Shown here piece by piece: positions 1 through 9,861 of a stretch of 64,000 bases of DNA (within the stretch, counting starts at the first letter, position 1; each line of letters opens with the position of its first letter). Source of the stretch: Dehalococcoidia bacterium (GTDB lineage: Bacteria; Chloroflexota; Dehalococcoidia; SpSt-223); the NCBI GenBank assembly GCA_026003895.1, contig BPIC01000001.1, forward strand, positions 560,128-624,127. Reading direction: 5' to 3'. A program made the translations under genes and the position numbers. The notes beneath the pieces were generated by a model. It saw only the letters and a program-made list of their open reading frames with translations. It was not told the origin of the DNA and ran no database searches.

Positions 1-87
1 AACGCCGTTTCCTTCCCCGTTGTTGGCGGTCAGGTCCAGATCACGGTGGGCGAGAGCCCGCTCTACATCGACGTCCTGCGCAAGTAG
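1..87 (+). CDS. 3' end of an unidentified CDS entering from upstream
   Basis: Frame +1 is open from the window edge to TAG 85-87 (...ITVGESPLYIDVLRK*). It is too short to assign. A perfect 10-bp inverted repeat (116-125 / 136-145) follows. Confidence 0.3.
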   Translation, partial: NAVSFPVVGGQVQITVGESPLYIDVLRK

Positions 88-319
88 GGCGCGACGCGCG
101 TTCGGGCGCCTCGGCGACGGCGATCGAGCCCGCTGGATCGCCGTCATCGTCGAAGGTAGAGCTCGCCAGAGCCGCCCGACCATTGCTTAAACCATGGTGC
201 GTGGCTGGCGAAGGGGATGGCAGTCGTCTGCGATCGCTGCGGGCGAACGCGATCTCTCGCGCGAGGTTGCGGCAGCGGGCTACGATTGAAGCGACGACAT
301 ACCCCGAGAAAGGCGCTTC

Positions 320-1255
320 ATGCGACGCGGTCTCCTCTGGATTTTCAGTCTCGTCGCCGTGACTGTCGTGGTGGTTGGGGCGTGCGGGTTCGGCTTTCTC
401 CTCGGCGCGGCGAGTGGAGGGCTGAGCAGTCCCTTCGGCGGCGGCTCGGTCGCCGTCATCGAGGTGACGGGGGTCATCGCCAGCGGCGACGGCAGCGATC
501 CGTTTGGCGCCGGCACGGCGGCGAGCGGAAAGATTGTTCGCTGGCTCACGCAGGCGGCGGATGACCCGCAGGTGCGCGCGATTGTCCTGCGCATCGACAG
601 CCCAGGCGGTGGGGTGACCGCCTCGGATGAGATCTACAACGCGGTCGTCAAAGCGAAAGCGAAGGGCAAAAAGGTCGTCGCGTCCTTTGGATCTACCGCG
701 GCGTCGGGCGGCTACTACATCGCTGCGCCGGCCGATCGCATCGTCGCCAACCCGACCTCGATTACCGGTAGCATCGGCGTCATCAGCGTCATCCCGAACG
801 TGTCGGGGCTGATGGAAAAGCTGGGTGTCGAGAGTTACGTCTTCAAGAGCGGGCCGCATAAGGATAGTTCGACCGGCTTGCGCCCTCTGACCGAGGCCGA
901 TCGCCGCATTTGGCAGTCGATCGTTGACGACAGCTACGAGCGATTCGTCGAGATCGTCGCCAAAGGTCGTGGAATGGACAGCGCCGCGGTCCGCGCCGTT
1001 GCCGACGGACGCATCTTCACCGGCCGGCAGGCGCTCGACGCCAAGCTGGTGGATGAGCTGGGCGACTTGCCGGAGGCGATCCAGGCTGCTGGCAAGCTCG
1101 CTGGCATCACTGGCGAACCAGCGGTCATCACTTACCGTGACCGCGGCTTCTTCTCTTCGCTTGCCTCCTCATGGTTGCGCCCGCCGTGGAGCGCCGCGGT
1201 GAGCGCGCTTGGCCTTGACCTTCGCGAGCCTGTGCACTACCGGCTCGTGTACTGA
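320..1255 (+). CDS. sppA: Signal peptide peptidase SppA (36K type, S49 family)
   Basis: 311-aa ORF with ATG 320 after GAGAAAGG. An N-terminal TM segment is followed by S49 motifs (IDSPGGGV, ASGGYYIAAPAD, ITGSIGV). Confidence 0.85.
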   Translation: MRRGLLWIFSLVAVTVVVVGACGFGFLLGAASGGLSSPFGGGSVAVIEVTGVIASGDGSDPFGAGTAASGKIVRWLTQAADDPQVRAIVLRIDSPGGGVTASDEIYNAVVKAKAKGKKVVASFGSTAASGGYYIAAPADRIVANPTSITGSIGVISVIPNVSGLMEKLGVESYVFKSGPHKDSSTGLRPLTEADRRIWQSIVDDSYERFVEIVAKGRGMDSAAVRAVADGRIFTGRQALDAKLVDELGDLPEAIQAAGKLAGITGEPAVITYRDRGFFSSLASSWLRPPWSAAVSALGLDLREPVHYRLVY

Positions 1256-1298
1256 GGAGGCCGTACAATGGCTGCCAGTACGATCGGAGGCAGCCATC

Positions 1299-2078
1299 AT
1301 GCGACGGATCGCCGTTCCTCCGACGCCGCTCGACGCATTCCCGGAGGAGCGCACCCCGCACGGCACGCTTCGCCGCGCCATCGTTGACGAGCCGGCGGGG
1401 CCAAAGACCCTCATCCTCACCTACCCTGCGGGCACGCGCAGCCGCTTCGCTGACCGCGGCTTCGAATATCACTCCGCGCACGAGGAGATCTTTCTGTTGG
1501 ATGGCGTTATCCAATTCGGGGAGTGGTACGACTGGAAGGCATTTGGCTACATCAACCATCCTCCGTATTGGGTGCACCCTGCCGATCAGAAGACGGACGT
1601 TGGGGCAACCATGCTGGCCAAGATCGACGGGGCCGTTGATTTCGGCTTCGAGCCGATCCCGCCTGACTGGGACGGCCGCGAGTACATCGTGGAAGGCACC
1701 CCGGTGAAATCCCGAGCACGCGGTGTGAGCAACGCCACCTTGAACGACATCCCGTGGGAGCCGGTCTTCCTGCCCGGCGGCCGCGACATGGGGTTCGAAG
1801 CGAAACACCTGAATGACGACCCCGAGAGCGGCTGGGTCACGTGGCTGATGCGTGCTCCGGCCGGCTGGCGCACCGAAGGCGGGCGTATCCGCGAGGGCGG
1901 CGAAGAAATCTTTCTCCTCGAGGGCGATCTGACGATCGAGGGCGTCGGTCGCTTGGAGGGGCGTGGCTACTATTGCGATCCCGAGAAGACAATCACGGGC
2001 AAGTCGACCGAGCGCGGCTGTTTGGCAATCCGCTGGACGCAAGGCGGTGACTATTTGCTGCCGCCGATCCGGTTTTGA
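1299..2078 (+). CDS. Cupin-fold protein (bicupin-like), function unknown
   Basis: ATG 1299 is preceded by GGAGG (1286-1290). The longer ORF start at 1209 would overlap sppA. Two cupin-like strands are present (HSAHEEIFLLDG, GGEEIFLLEGDL). Confidence 0.6.
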   Translation: MRRIAVPPTPLDAFPEERTPHGTLRRAIVDEPAGPKTLILTYPAGTRSRFADRGFEYHSAHEEIFLLDGVIQFGEWYDWKAFGYINHPPYWVHPADQKTDVGATMLAKIDGAVDFGFEPIPPDWDGREYIVEGTPVKSRARGVSNATLNDIPWEPVFLPGGRDMGFEAKHLNDDPESGWVTWLMRAPAGWRTEGGRIREGGEEIFLLEGDLTIEGVGRLEGRGYYCDPEKTITGKSTERGCLAIRWTQGGDYLLPPIRF

Positions 2079-2088
2079 AGGGAAGGCC

Positions 2089-3036
2089 ATGGTCGAGGGA
2101 ATGCTCCTCACCGTCGACGGGCCGCTGATCTCGGTCGCTGACTTCGCGCCACACCGGGCGCTCTTCGAGGGCGTGTTTGGCCTCGCGGACCGTGGCGGTG
2201 GGACGCTCGACGAATGGACGGTGGCGCGGCTCTGGGGTATTGCCGGCTACCGCGCCGAAACGCGGCTGCTGGAGACACCGGGCACGGCGGCTGGGGTGCT
2301 GCTGGTCCGCTTTGAGCCGATGTCGCCGATCGCCATTCGCGAGGGGACCGGCCCGACCGACAGCGGCGCATTGAAAGTGATCGACTTTGCGACTCCCGAC
2401 TTCGCTGCCGCGAGCGAGGCCCTCGCGCGGGCGGGCTTCCCCTTCAGCGCACGGCCCGCCGAGTACGCCGTGCCGGGCGGTGGGCGGTTCACCGAAGGGC
2501 ATCTCAAGGGGCCGGACGGGATTATCTGTGCGGTGCTCGCCTTTCAAGACGATCCCCTCGAGCGCTTCGTCCGCGTCGTCGATCGCCGATTTAGCGAAAT
2601 CGTGGGCGTCTCGGCGCCAGTCGAGGATCTGGCGGCAGTGCGCCGCTTCTACGACGCGCTCGGGGTAGCCGTGGTGTATGAGTATGCGATCGAAGACGCC
2701 AGCTTTGGCGCGATGATTGGCAAGGCAGAGCCGAGCGTCGTTCGAGGCATCAACTACGGCCTCTCTGAGCGGGATGTCATGATCGGCATCATCCATTATG
2801 GCCTGCCAGCGGGCGCAGCCGCGTCGCTCGCCGCGCGAGCGGTGCTGCCGAACCGTGGCCTCGCTGCGATCCGCTGCAGCGTCCAATCGGTGGAGGCGGC
2901 GGCCGTCGCCTGCGCGGCGGGGGGCGGGGAGGTTCTCGCGCCACCCGCGGAGGTGGAGGCGCCGCCGTGGGGCCGCGTCCGGTCGCTCACGGTTCGCGGT
3001 CCGCACGGGATCGTTCACCATTTCGTCGAACGCTGA
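2089..3036 (+). CDS. VOC (glyoxalase/dioxygenase-like) family protein, two-domain
   Basis: ATG 2089 lies 11 nt after the previous stop. The ORF is 315 aa with two similar halves of VOC-like composition. This is a weak family call. Confidence 0.5.
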   Translation: MVEGMLLTVDGPLISVADFAPHRALFEGVFGLADRGGGTLDEWTVARLWGIAGYRAETRLLETPGTAAGVLLVRFEPMSPIAIREGTGPTDSGALKVIDFATPDFAAASEALARAGFPFSARPAEYAVPGGGRFTEGHLKGPDGIICAVLAFQDDPLERFVRVVDRRFSEIVGVSAPVEDLAAVRRFYDALGVAVVYEYAIEDASFGAMIGKAEPSVVRGINYGLSERDVMIGIIHYGLPAGAAASLAARAVLPNRGLAAIRCSVQSVEAAAVACAAGGGEVLAPPAEVEAPPWGRVRSLTVRGPHGIVHHFVER

Positions 3037-3137
3037 CCGATCTCTCAAGCCGACGAGCAGCGCTGCCGAAACGATCGTCAGAACTCGTCTAACGAGCCGC
3101 GAGCCGCGAACACTGAGCCGCTCGCGCAGAGGCGTTC

Positions 3138-4994
3138 GTGTCGCTGCTCTATCGGCAACCTGTTGCCCGGGCAATCGCGCTTGTGGCCGGGTTGTACTTG
3201 GTCTACTACCTCTGGTGGCGCGCAACGGCGACGTTGAACCACGAGGTGATCGTCTTTTCGTTGGCCCTCCTGCTCGCTGAGATCCAAGGCGTCCTCAACT
3301 TCGGTCTGTTTGCCTTCATGGTGTGGGATGTTGACCGTCGTCCGCCGTTCCGGTTGCGGCCGGGGCTGACGGTCGATGTTTTCGTTCCGACCTACAACGA
3401 AAGTGTGGAGATCCTCGAGGCGACGCTGACGGGCTGCAATGCCATCACCTATCCGCACACGACGTATCTGCTGGACGATGGTCGCCGGCCGGAGGTAGCG
3501 CGTCTGGCGGCGGAGTTGGGGGTGGAGTATCTGACGCGGCCGGACAATCGGCATGCGAAAGCGGGGAACCTGAACGCGGCGCTTGCTCGGACGAGCGGGG
3601 AGTTCATTGTGGTGTTGGATGCGGACACGGTGCCGCAGCCGGACCTGTTGGAGAAGACGCTCGGCTATTTTGTCGACCCGAAGGTGGCGCTCGTTCAACT
3701 TCCGCAGGAGTTCTTCAATCAGGACTCGATCCAGCATGCCACCCGCGACGGAGATTGGCACGAGCAAGCGCTGTTTTATCGGCTGATTCAGCCGGGGAAG
3801 AACCGGTGGAACGCGGCGTTCTGGTGTGGGAGTCCGTCGGTGGTGCGGCGGGCGGCGCTGGAGGACGTAGGGGGCGTGGCCACCGACACGATCACCGAAG
3901 ATATTCACACCTCGTTGCGTCTGCATGCCCGCGGCTGGAGGACGGTCTACCATCTTGGCGATCTCGCCTTTGGCATTGCGCCGCAAACCTACGAGGCCTT
4001 TGCGGTGCAGCGGCTACGCTGGGCGCAGGGCACGATGCAGTTGTTGCGGAGCCGCGAGAACCCGTTGCTTGTTCGGGGTCTCACGCTCGCTCAGCGGCTG
4101 AACTACTTTGCCTCGATGTGGACTTATTTCGATTCCTACCAGAAGCTGATCTATTTGATCGCTCCGGCAATCGTCTTGTGTACAGGGTTGCTGCCGCTCG
4201 ATGTCGAGCCGTTCGATTTCCTGGTGCATTGGATCCCCTATTTTGCCCTTGGGACACTCGCCAACATCGCGCTGGGTCGCGGCCAATTTCGCTATCTGTT
4301 GGTCGAGGAGTACAACGTCCTCAAGATGTTTGTCTTCGTTTGGGCGTCGACCGTGTTGTTTTGGCCGCGAAAACTGAGCTTTAAGGTGACGCCCAAGCAA
4401 GCTGATTCCTCGGTAAAGCAGGTCGATCGGCGCCTGCTTCGTCCGCATTTCGTCACCGCGGCTGTTCTCGTCGCCAGCACGGTCGTTGGGGTGCTGAACC
4501 TCGCCTGGGGTCTGAGCACACAGTACAGCAGGCCCGACGTCTCCGTAGTGGCGCTGGTGTGGGCGTTGGCGAATACCGGGCTGATTGTGCTTGGCGTGCG
4601 CGAGGTGCTGCGGCGCCTCCACGCTCGCGCGGCCTACCGCTTTCCGGCGCGCCTGCCGGCGGCGCTGACCGATCGAGCCGGGAGGCTGGTACCGGGCACG
4701 TCCATCGACTTGTCCGCGAGCGGCGTGGGAATCGTGTTCAACGGGCCGGTGGATCTCCCCAAGCAGGTGACGGCGGTGATCGAACTGCCCGGCGTGCTGA
4801 TCGGTGCCCGTGGTGAGGTCCGCTACCTTGCTCGCCAGGCAGACGGGACCGTGAAAGCCGGCATCCGCTTCGCTGCCTTCGACCCCGCCGACCGCGAACG
4901 ACTGATTAGGTACTTGTTCGTGACTCTACCACGTCGCCGCACACTCGCGCCGAACGCACTTCCTGCGCCTGATCGGGCGAGTCTCGCTGCCTAG
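3138..4994 (+). CDS. Processive GT2 beta-glycan synthase with C-terminal PilZ domain (BcsA-like), copy 1
   Basis: GTG 3138 has GAGG 5 nt upstream. The 618-aa protein has TM segments flanking a GT2 core with LLDDG, VLDADT, TED and QRLRWAQG (QxxRW). The C-terminal PilZ carries RLHAR (RxxxR) and DLSASG (DxSxxG). Confidence 0.85.
   Translation: MSLLYRQPVARAIALVAGLYLVYYLWWRATATLNHEVIVFSLALLLAEIQGVLNFGLFAFMVWDVDRRPPFRLRPGLTVDVFVPTYNESVEILEATLTGCNAITYPHTTYLLDDGRRPEVARLAAELGVEYLTRPDNRHAKAGNLNAALARTSGEFIVVLDADTVPQPDLLEKTLGYFVDPKVALVQLPQEFFNQDSIQHATRDGDWHEQALFYRLIQPGKNRWNAAFWCGSPSVVRRAALEDVGGVATDTITEDIHTSLRLHARGWRTVYHLGDLAFGIAPQTYEAFAVQRLRWAQGTMQLLRSRENPLLVRGLTLAQRLNYFASMWTYFDSYQKLIYLIAPAIVLCTGLLPLDVEPFDFLVHWIPYFALGTLANIALGRGQFRYLLVEEYNVLKMFVFVWASTVLFWPRKLSFKVTPKQADSSVKQVDRRLLRPHFVTAAVLVASTVVGVLNLAWGLSTQYSRPDVSVVALVWALANTGLIVLGVREVLRRLHARAAYRFPARLPAALTDRAGRLVPGTSIDLSASGVGIVFNGPVDLPKQVTAVIELPGVLIGARGEVRYLARQADGTVKAGIRFAAFDPADRERLIRYLFVTLPRRRTLAPNALPAPDRASLAA
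3309..3688. repeat. Near-identical duplicated block A, copy 1 (pairs with 5403-5782)
   Basis: By-eye alignment at offset 2094 shows 380 bp with only 2 adjacent mismatches (3335-3336). Positions 3337-3688 are identical to 5431-5782 (352 bp). Confidence 0.95.
3756..3914. repeat. Identical duplicated block B, copy 1 (pairs with 5859-6017)
   Basis: 159 bp are identical at offset 2103, with a 9-nt insertion in copy 2 between blocks A and B. A third 50-bp identical block is 3994-4043 = 6097-6146. Confidence 0.9.
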
Positions 4995-5228
4995 GGCGGG
5001 TTCGCCGTTCCCCAAATCCGCCGTGCCACAGGTGGCGCCTCTCGCTCGGCTTCTCCCTTGCTCCGAGAGGCGGCAGGTGGCAATCGGGGTGAGTCAGCCG
5101 CTCGATAGGCTACTCCCCAATAGCGCCCCGGTCTGCCTCTCACTACAATCGCTCTGGCGACCGATATCCTTGAATGGGCGCCTTCGCGATTGTCGTCCGA
5201 CGCCAATCCGACTACGGACGTGCGAGGT

Positions 5229-7088
5229 ATGATCCGCTTGCTCTACCGCAACCGTGTGGCGCATGCGGTTGCTCTCGTCGCCGGGGTATTCCTCGTCTAC
5301 TACGTCTGGTGGCGCGCCACCCAGACGCTGAACCCGGATGCGTGGCTCTTCTCGCTGCTGCTTTTTGCCGCTGAGCTCCACGGGATCGTCAGTTTTTACC
5401 TCTTTGCCTTCATGGTGTGGGATGTTGATTGTCGTCCGCCGTTCCGGTTGCGGCCGGGGCTGACGGTCGATGTTTTCGTTCCGACCTACAACGAAAGTGT
5501 GGAGATCCTCGAGGCGACGCTGACGGGCTGCAATGCCATCACCTATCCGCACACGACGTATCTGCTGGACGATGGTCGCCGGCCGGAGGTAGCGCGTCTG
5601 GCGGCGGAGTTGGGGGTGGAGTATCTGACGCGGCCGGACAATCGGCATGCGAAAGCGGGGAACCTGAACGCGGCGCTTGCTCGGACGAGCGGGGAGTTCA
5701 TTGTGGTGTTGGATGCGGACACGGTGCCGCAGCCGGACCTGTTGGAGAAGACGCTCGGCTATTTTGTCGACCCGAAGGTGGCATTCGTTCAACTTCCCCA
5801 AGAGTTTTACAACCAGGATTCTGTCCAGCATGCCGATGACTCCCTCGAGGAAAGCGCGTGGCACGAGCAAGCGCTGTTTTATCGGCTGATTCAGCCGGGG
5901 AAGAACCGGTGGAACGCGGCGTTCTGGTGTGGGAGTCCGTCGGTGGTGCGGCGGGCGGCGCTGGAGGACGTAGGGGGCGTGGCCACCGACACGATCACCG
6001 AAGATATTCACACCTCGGTTCGGCTGCACGCCCGGGGCTGGAAGAGTGTGTATCACAACGAAACACTCGCCTACGGGATTGCCCCCCAGACCTTCCAGGC
6101 CTTTGCGGTGCAGCGGCTACGCTGGGCGCAGGGCACGATGCAGTTGCTGCGTACCCCGGACAATCCGCTTGTCAAGCCAGGCCTGACGCTGGCCCAGCGG
6201 CTGAATTACCTCGCGTCGATGATGACCTACTTCGATTCCTACCAGAAGCTGATCTACCTGCTTGCGCCGTCGATCGTGTTGTTCACTGGTATCCTGCCGC
6301 TCAACGTGCCGGGCGTTGAGTTTCTGATCAACTGGATTCCTTACTTTGTCCTGACGGCGCTGGCGAACATCGCATTGGGGCGGGGCCAATTCCGCTTTCT
6401 GCTCGTCGAGCAGTACAACTTGCTCAAGCTGTTCGTCTTCCTCTGGGCGACGACCATCTTATTCTGGCCGCGCAAGATCAGCTTTCAGGTTACGCCGAAA
6501 AACGTTGATACATCGGTGACCGAAACCGAGCGACTCCTGCTTCGACCGCAAGTTGCGGTGCTGGCGGTTATCGGGGTGAGCGTCGTGCTTGGCATCGTCA
6601 ACCTGATGTGGGGGGTAACGGCGTCGTACAGCCGCCCAGACATCGTGATCGCGACGGTCGTCTGGGCGCTGGCAAACGCGGGCCTGCTCGTGCTTGGGGT
6701 GCGGGCCGTGCTGCGTCGCCTGCACGCGCGGACGACGTACCGCTTTCCGGTGCGGGTGCCGATTGGGCTGACCGACGTCGCAGGAAGGATCGTTCCCGGC
6801 ACGGCGATCGATCTGTCGCCAGCAGGGGCGGGGGTACGGCTGGACGAACCGGCGCAGCTTGGCAAATCGGTCACCGCTATCGTCGAGCTGCCCTCTGGCC
6901 TAATCGGCGCCCGCGGCGAGGTGCGCTACGTCGTCCGCCAGCCCGACGGAAGCCTTAAGGCCGGCGTCCGCTTTATCGCGCTCGACCCCGCCGACCGCGA
7001 ACGGCTGGTCTTCTTCCTCTTTGTCGCGGTGCCGCGCTCGTTGAGCATCCAGCCGCCGGCGCTTGAGCCGGCGGCCCGCGTCGCCTGA
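5229..7088 (+). CDS. Processive GT2 beta-glycan synthase with C-terminal PilZ domain (BcsA-like), copy 2
   Basis: It is a paralog of 3138-4994 with the same GT2 motifs and a PilZ domain (RLHAR, DLSPAG). ATG 5229 aligns with the copy-1 start (MIRLLYRNRVAHA vs MSLLYRQPVARA). TTG 5190 is an alternative upstream start. Confidence 0.85.
   Translation: MIRLLYRNRVAHAVALVAGVFLVYYVWWRATQTLNPDAWLFSLLLFAAELHGIVSFYLFAFMVWDVDCRPPFRLRPGLTVDVFVPTYNESVEILEATLTGCNAITYPHTTYLLDDGRRPEVARLAAELGVEYLTRPDNRHAKAGNLNAALARTSGEFIVVLDADTVPQPDLLEKTLGYFVDPKVAFVQLPQEFYNQDSVQHADDSLEESAWHEQALFYRLIQPGKNRWNAAFWCGSPSVVRRAALEDVGGVATDTITEDIHTSVRLHARGWKSVYHNETLAYGIAPQTFQAFAVQRLRWAQGTMQLLRTPDNPLVKPGLTLAQRLNYLASMMTYFDSYQKLIYLLAPSIVLFTGILPLNVPGVEFLINWIPYFVLTALANIALGRGQFRFLLVEQYNLLKLFVFLWATTILFWPRKISFQVTPKNVDTSVTETERLLLRPQVAVLAVIGVSVVLGIVNLMWGVTASYSRPDIVIATVVWALANAGLLVLGVRAVLRRLHARTTYRFPVRVPIGLTDVAGRIVPGTAIDLSPAGAGVRLDEPAQLGKSVTAIVELPSGLIGARGEVRYVVRQPDGSLKAGVRFIALDPADRERLVFFLFVAVPRSLSIQPPALEPAARVA
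5403..5782. repeat. Near-identical duplicated block A, copy 2
   Basis: See 3309-3688. Confidence 0.95.
5859..6017. repeat. Identical duplicated block B, copy 2
   Basis: See 3756-3914. Confidence 0.9.
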
Positions 7089-7089
7089 C

Positions 7090-7125
7090 GCTGCTGCGCT
7101 GCGGGGCCACCACCGGCGCAGCAGC
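7090..7125. terminator. Hairpin between convergent genes (possible bidirectional terminator)
   Basis: A 10-bp perfect stem GCTGCTGCGC / GCGCAGCAGC (7090-7099 / 7116-7125) lies between the copy-2 synthase stop (7088) and the valS stop (7169). There is no clear U tract. A second short hairpin lies at 7149-7166. Confidence 0.3.
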
Positions 7126-7168
7126 TGATCGCCCGGGATCCACACGAAGACGCCTCCTGAGGCGTCGG

Positions 7169-9858
7169 TCAGCTGAACGCTGCCAACCGTTCGGCGATCT
7201 TGGCGAGGCGCGCTTCGGCAGCAGCGAGTTTGTCGCGCTCCTTGGCGACGACCGCCTCGGGCGCTTTCGCGAGGAACTGCTCGTTGGCGAGGCGCGCCCG
7301 TACCCGAGCGACCTCGTCCTCGGCTTTCGCGCGCCTCCTCGCGGAGGCGTGCTTTCTCCTCTTCGACGTCGACGAGCCCTTCGCGCGGCAAGTAGACCTC
7401 GGCGCCCCCCGTCGAGGATGAGCGCGATCGCATCCCGGGGGTGGCTCGGACAGAGTCTCAACGATAGTGAGGGGGTCGATGCGGGCCAACTGGCGGATCG
7501 CCGATGCCTTGGCGGCATACATGCCGGCGCGGTCGCCAGCGACGAAGGTCGCGGGAATCCAGCGCTTGGCTTCCACCTTCTCCTCGGTGCGGACGTTGCG
7601 CACCGCACGGATCGCCTCCATCACGGTGGTCCAACTGCGCTCGGCGTCATCGTCGAGCAGGCTCTTCGTCGGCTTGGGGATAGGGAGCGATGATTAGCGC
7701 CTCGCTGCAGCGAAACTCTCCGGTTGGGCGGTCGGCGGCTGCAAGGTAGCGCCAGATTTCCTCGGTGACGAAGGGAATGAACGGATGAAGCAAGCGCAGC
7801 ATGGTGTCGAGCACACTGCCAAGCCACTTCGGGCGCGGCAGTCGGCGTGCCGCGCTCCTCTCGCGTCGCGCGCCTCAACCTTGGCCACTTCGAGATAACC
7901 AAATCGCAGAACTCTTCCCAAAAGAAGGTCTCGGCGATGCGGCCTGCTTCGCCGAGGTTGAAATCCCCGAGGAGCCGGTTCACATCGGCGACTACACCGC
8001 TGCGTCCGGCTGAGGAATCCAACGATCAGCGAGCTTGAGCGGCAGGTCTTGGCGGTCTTCGCCGTCCTGCAGCGAGGATGACAAAAGGCGGGCGGCGTTC
8101 CACACCTTATTGACGAAGTTGCGCCCAGCCTCGAGGCGTGTCGTGGTGAGGCGCATGTCGTTCCCCGGGCTGGATCCCGTCGCGAGCGCAAAGCGCAACG
8201 CGTCGGTCCCGTAGGTCTCGATCAGATCAAGCGGGTTGACCCACATTGCCCAGGGATTTGGACATCTTGCGGCCGAACTCGTCGCGAACGAGGCCGTGGA
8301 GGTAGACATGGCGGAAGGGGATCTGACCGGTGTTCTCGATCCCCATCATCACCATGCGAATCACCCAGAAGAACAGGATGTCGTATCCGGTCTCCATCAC
8401 CGAGGTGGGGTAAAAGGTCCGGAAATCCTCGGTGTGTTCTGGCCAGCCGAGAGTCGAATGCGGCCAGAGCGCCGATGAGAACCACGTGTCGAGCGAATCC
8501 GGGTCTTGCTCGATCTCGGGCGAGCCGCACTCTGGGCATACCTCTGGGTCGTCGAGCGGGACGATCGTCGCGCTACAGGCGCGGCAATACCAGACGGGGA
8601 TGCGGAACCCCCACCAGATCTGGCGGGAGATACACCAGTCGCGGATGTTCTCAAGCCAGCGCAGGTAATCCTTGGTGAACCGCTCTGGGACGATCGCAAT
8701 CTCGCCGTTGCGCACTGCCGCGATAGCGGGGGCGGCGAGCGGCTTCATCGACATCCACCACTGGAGCGAAACGATCGGCTCGATCGGCTCGCCGGTTCGC
8801 TCGGAGTGGCCGACAGCATGGCGATAGTCCTCGATCTTCACGAGGAAGCCCTGAGCGGCGAGATCCTCGACGAGCCGGGCACGACATTCGTAGCGGTCGA
8901 GCCCTGCATACGGTCCTGCCTGCTCGTTCATCGTGGCATCGAGATTCATCACGAGGATTCGCGGCAGGTTGTGACGCTGGCCGATCTCAAAGTCAGTCGC
9001 ATCATGGGCTGGGGTCACTTTCACCGCGCCGGTGCCGAACGTCGGGTCCACCGCCTCATCGGCGACTATGGGAATGCGCCGTCCGAGGATCGGCAGGATG
9101 GCGTGTTTGCCGACAAGATGGCGGTAGCGATCGTCCTCCGGATGAACGGCGACGCCGGTGTCGCCAAGGATCGTCTCGGGTCGGGTGGTGGCCACGGTGA
9201 TGAACGTGTCTGGCTCGCCTTCGATCGGGTATCGCACGTACCAGAGATGGCCGTCCACCTCCTGAAAGTCCACTTCCAGATCGGAGAGGGCCGTTTGCGC
9301 TTTGGGGCTCCAGTTGATGATGCGCTCGCCGCGGTAGATCAGCCCTTTGTGGTACAGGTTGTAGAAGGTGTGACGCACCGCCCGTGTCGAGATGGGATCG
9401 AGGGTGAAGCGCTCGCGCGTCCAGTCGCAGGAAGCGCCGAGTTTGCGGTGCTGGAGGGAGATGATCTTGCCGTACTTCTCCATCCACTCCCACATCTTTT
9501 CGAGGAACTTTTCGCGGCCAAGCGCCTGCCGGGTGAGGCCTTCCTTGGCCAGCTCGCGTTCCACCACGATCTGAGCGTAGATGGCGGCGTGGTCGGTGCC
9601 GGGGAGCCAGAGGGTGACATCGCCGAGCATGCGGTGCCAGCGGGTGAGCGTGTCCTCGATCGTGGCGGTGAGCGCATGGCCGAGGTGTAGTTCTCCCGTC
9701 ACGTTTGGCGGCGGCATCACCATCGAGAAGGTCGGCCGCGCTGGGTCGATCGTCGGCGTGAACCAGCCACCGTCCATCCAGAACTGGTAAATCCGGTCTT
9801 CGACGGTGCGCGGATCGTAGGCTTTGTCCATCTGCAAGGCGCGCTCCGTCCCGGTCAT
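7169..9858 (-). pseudogene. valS: Valyl-tRNA synthetase, reading frame broken about 11 times in the 3' third
   Basis: ORF 8227-9858 (543 aa) is an intact ValS N-terminus with HIGH (GELHLGHA) and KMSKS. The rest is recovered only by stepping through frames 0>2>1>0>2>1>0>2>1>0>2>1 (end coordinate mod 3). The recovered pieces are [55 protein letters not shown] and the coiled-coil tail LANEQFLAKAPE...AFS*. Confidence 0.9.
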
Positions 9859-9861
9859 TGC

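Noticed and set aside
41-3225. Long antisense ORFs opposite sppA, the cupin and VOC genes (41-859, 1128-2111, 1993-3225, all minus strand)
   Set aside because: Their translations are Arg/Pro/Ala/Gly-rich with no recognisable motifs. They lie opposite ORFs with clear family signatures. These are typical shadow ORFs of high-GC DNA.
3078-6056. Two ~300-aa minus-strand ORFs (3078-3986 and 5094-6056) that share long identical protein segments and could look like a repeated mobile-element gene
   Set aside because: The identity is simply the reverse strand of the duplicated GT2 catalytic core. The sequences are low-complexity Arg/Pro-rich and have no transposase motifs.
7169-8310. Programmed ribosomal frameshifting or a split valS as the explanation for the broken frame
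   Set aside because: About 11 shifts in ~1 kb, most of them extending homopolymers and all in the insertion direction, is not compatible with programmed recoding. Sequence error or very recent decay is far more likely.
8506-9690. 394-aa plus-strand ORF inside valS
   Set aside because: It is antisense to the intact, strongly conserved ValS N-terminus and has no motifs of its own.
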